Below are positions 5,817 to 5,852 of a stretch of 5,852 nt of DNA, piece after piece. This DNA is from a virus (taxonomy: Duplodnaviria; Heunggongvirae; Uroviricota; Caudoviricetes), in the IMG/VR virus record IMGVR_UViG_2698536408_000010; one strand, given 5' to 3'. A program made the translations under genes and the position numbers. The notes below the pieces were generated by a model. It was not told the origin of the DNA, searched no databases, and was given only the letters and a program-made list of their open reading frames with translations. The first letter of the stretch is position 1; each line of letters opens with the position of its first letter.

Positions 5817-5852
5817 TGAGGTGTACTGGCAATAGCGGACACTACCATTTGT
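5817..5852 (-). mobile_element. IS3-family terminal end (second copy of the end seen at 2785-2820), continues beyond window
   Basis: 36 nt identical to 2785-2820 (tgaggtgtactggcaatagcggacactaccatttgt), same orientation. Confidence 0.8.

Noticed and set aside
1-5852. CRISPR array or other short tandem repeats
   Set aside because: No regularly spaced short direct repeats. The only repeats are the duplicated tRNA module, the R1/R2 module and the IS ends.

Overview
The window looks like E. coli-type lambdoid prophage late-region DNA, joined from three pieces separated by N runs (418-459 and 3913-3923). Pieces 1-2 carry a 5'-truncated Cys-rich zinc-finger ORF (positional candidate for antiterminator Q), an intrinsic terminator, a small HTH-like ORF with its own terminator, a beta-class N6-adenine DNA methyltransferase, tRNA-Ile2(CAU) and tRNA-Arg(UCU), a terminator, a ~220-bp structured noncoding module (R1), and an IS3-family element on the minus strand (OrfA, A_AAA_AAA frameshift site, OrfB) that is cut off by the second N run. 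Piece 3 repeats the tRNA pair and the R module (R2) but has AT-rich, rare-codon-rich cargo between them and after R2: a 117-aa ORF on +, a 28-aa hydrophobic peptide ORF, and a 111-aa Cys-containing ORF on -. This is the position where Stx phages carry stx. Piece 3 ends with the start of a small prophage gene that is interrupted at 5817 by the same IS end seen at 2785. No stx, CRISPR or rRNA was found. The uncharacterised tRNA-linked cargo at 4183-5690 is the best candidate for something new. All calls are from reading the sequence by eye; no database search was possible.
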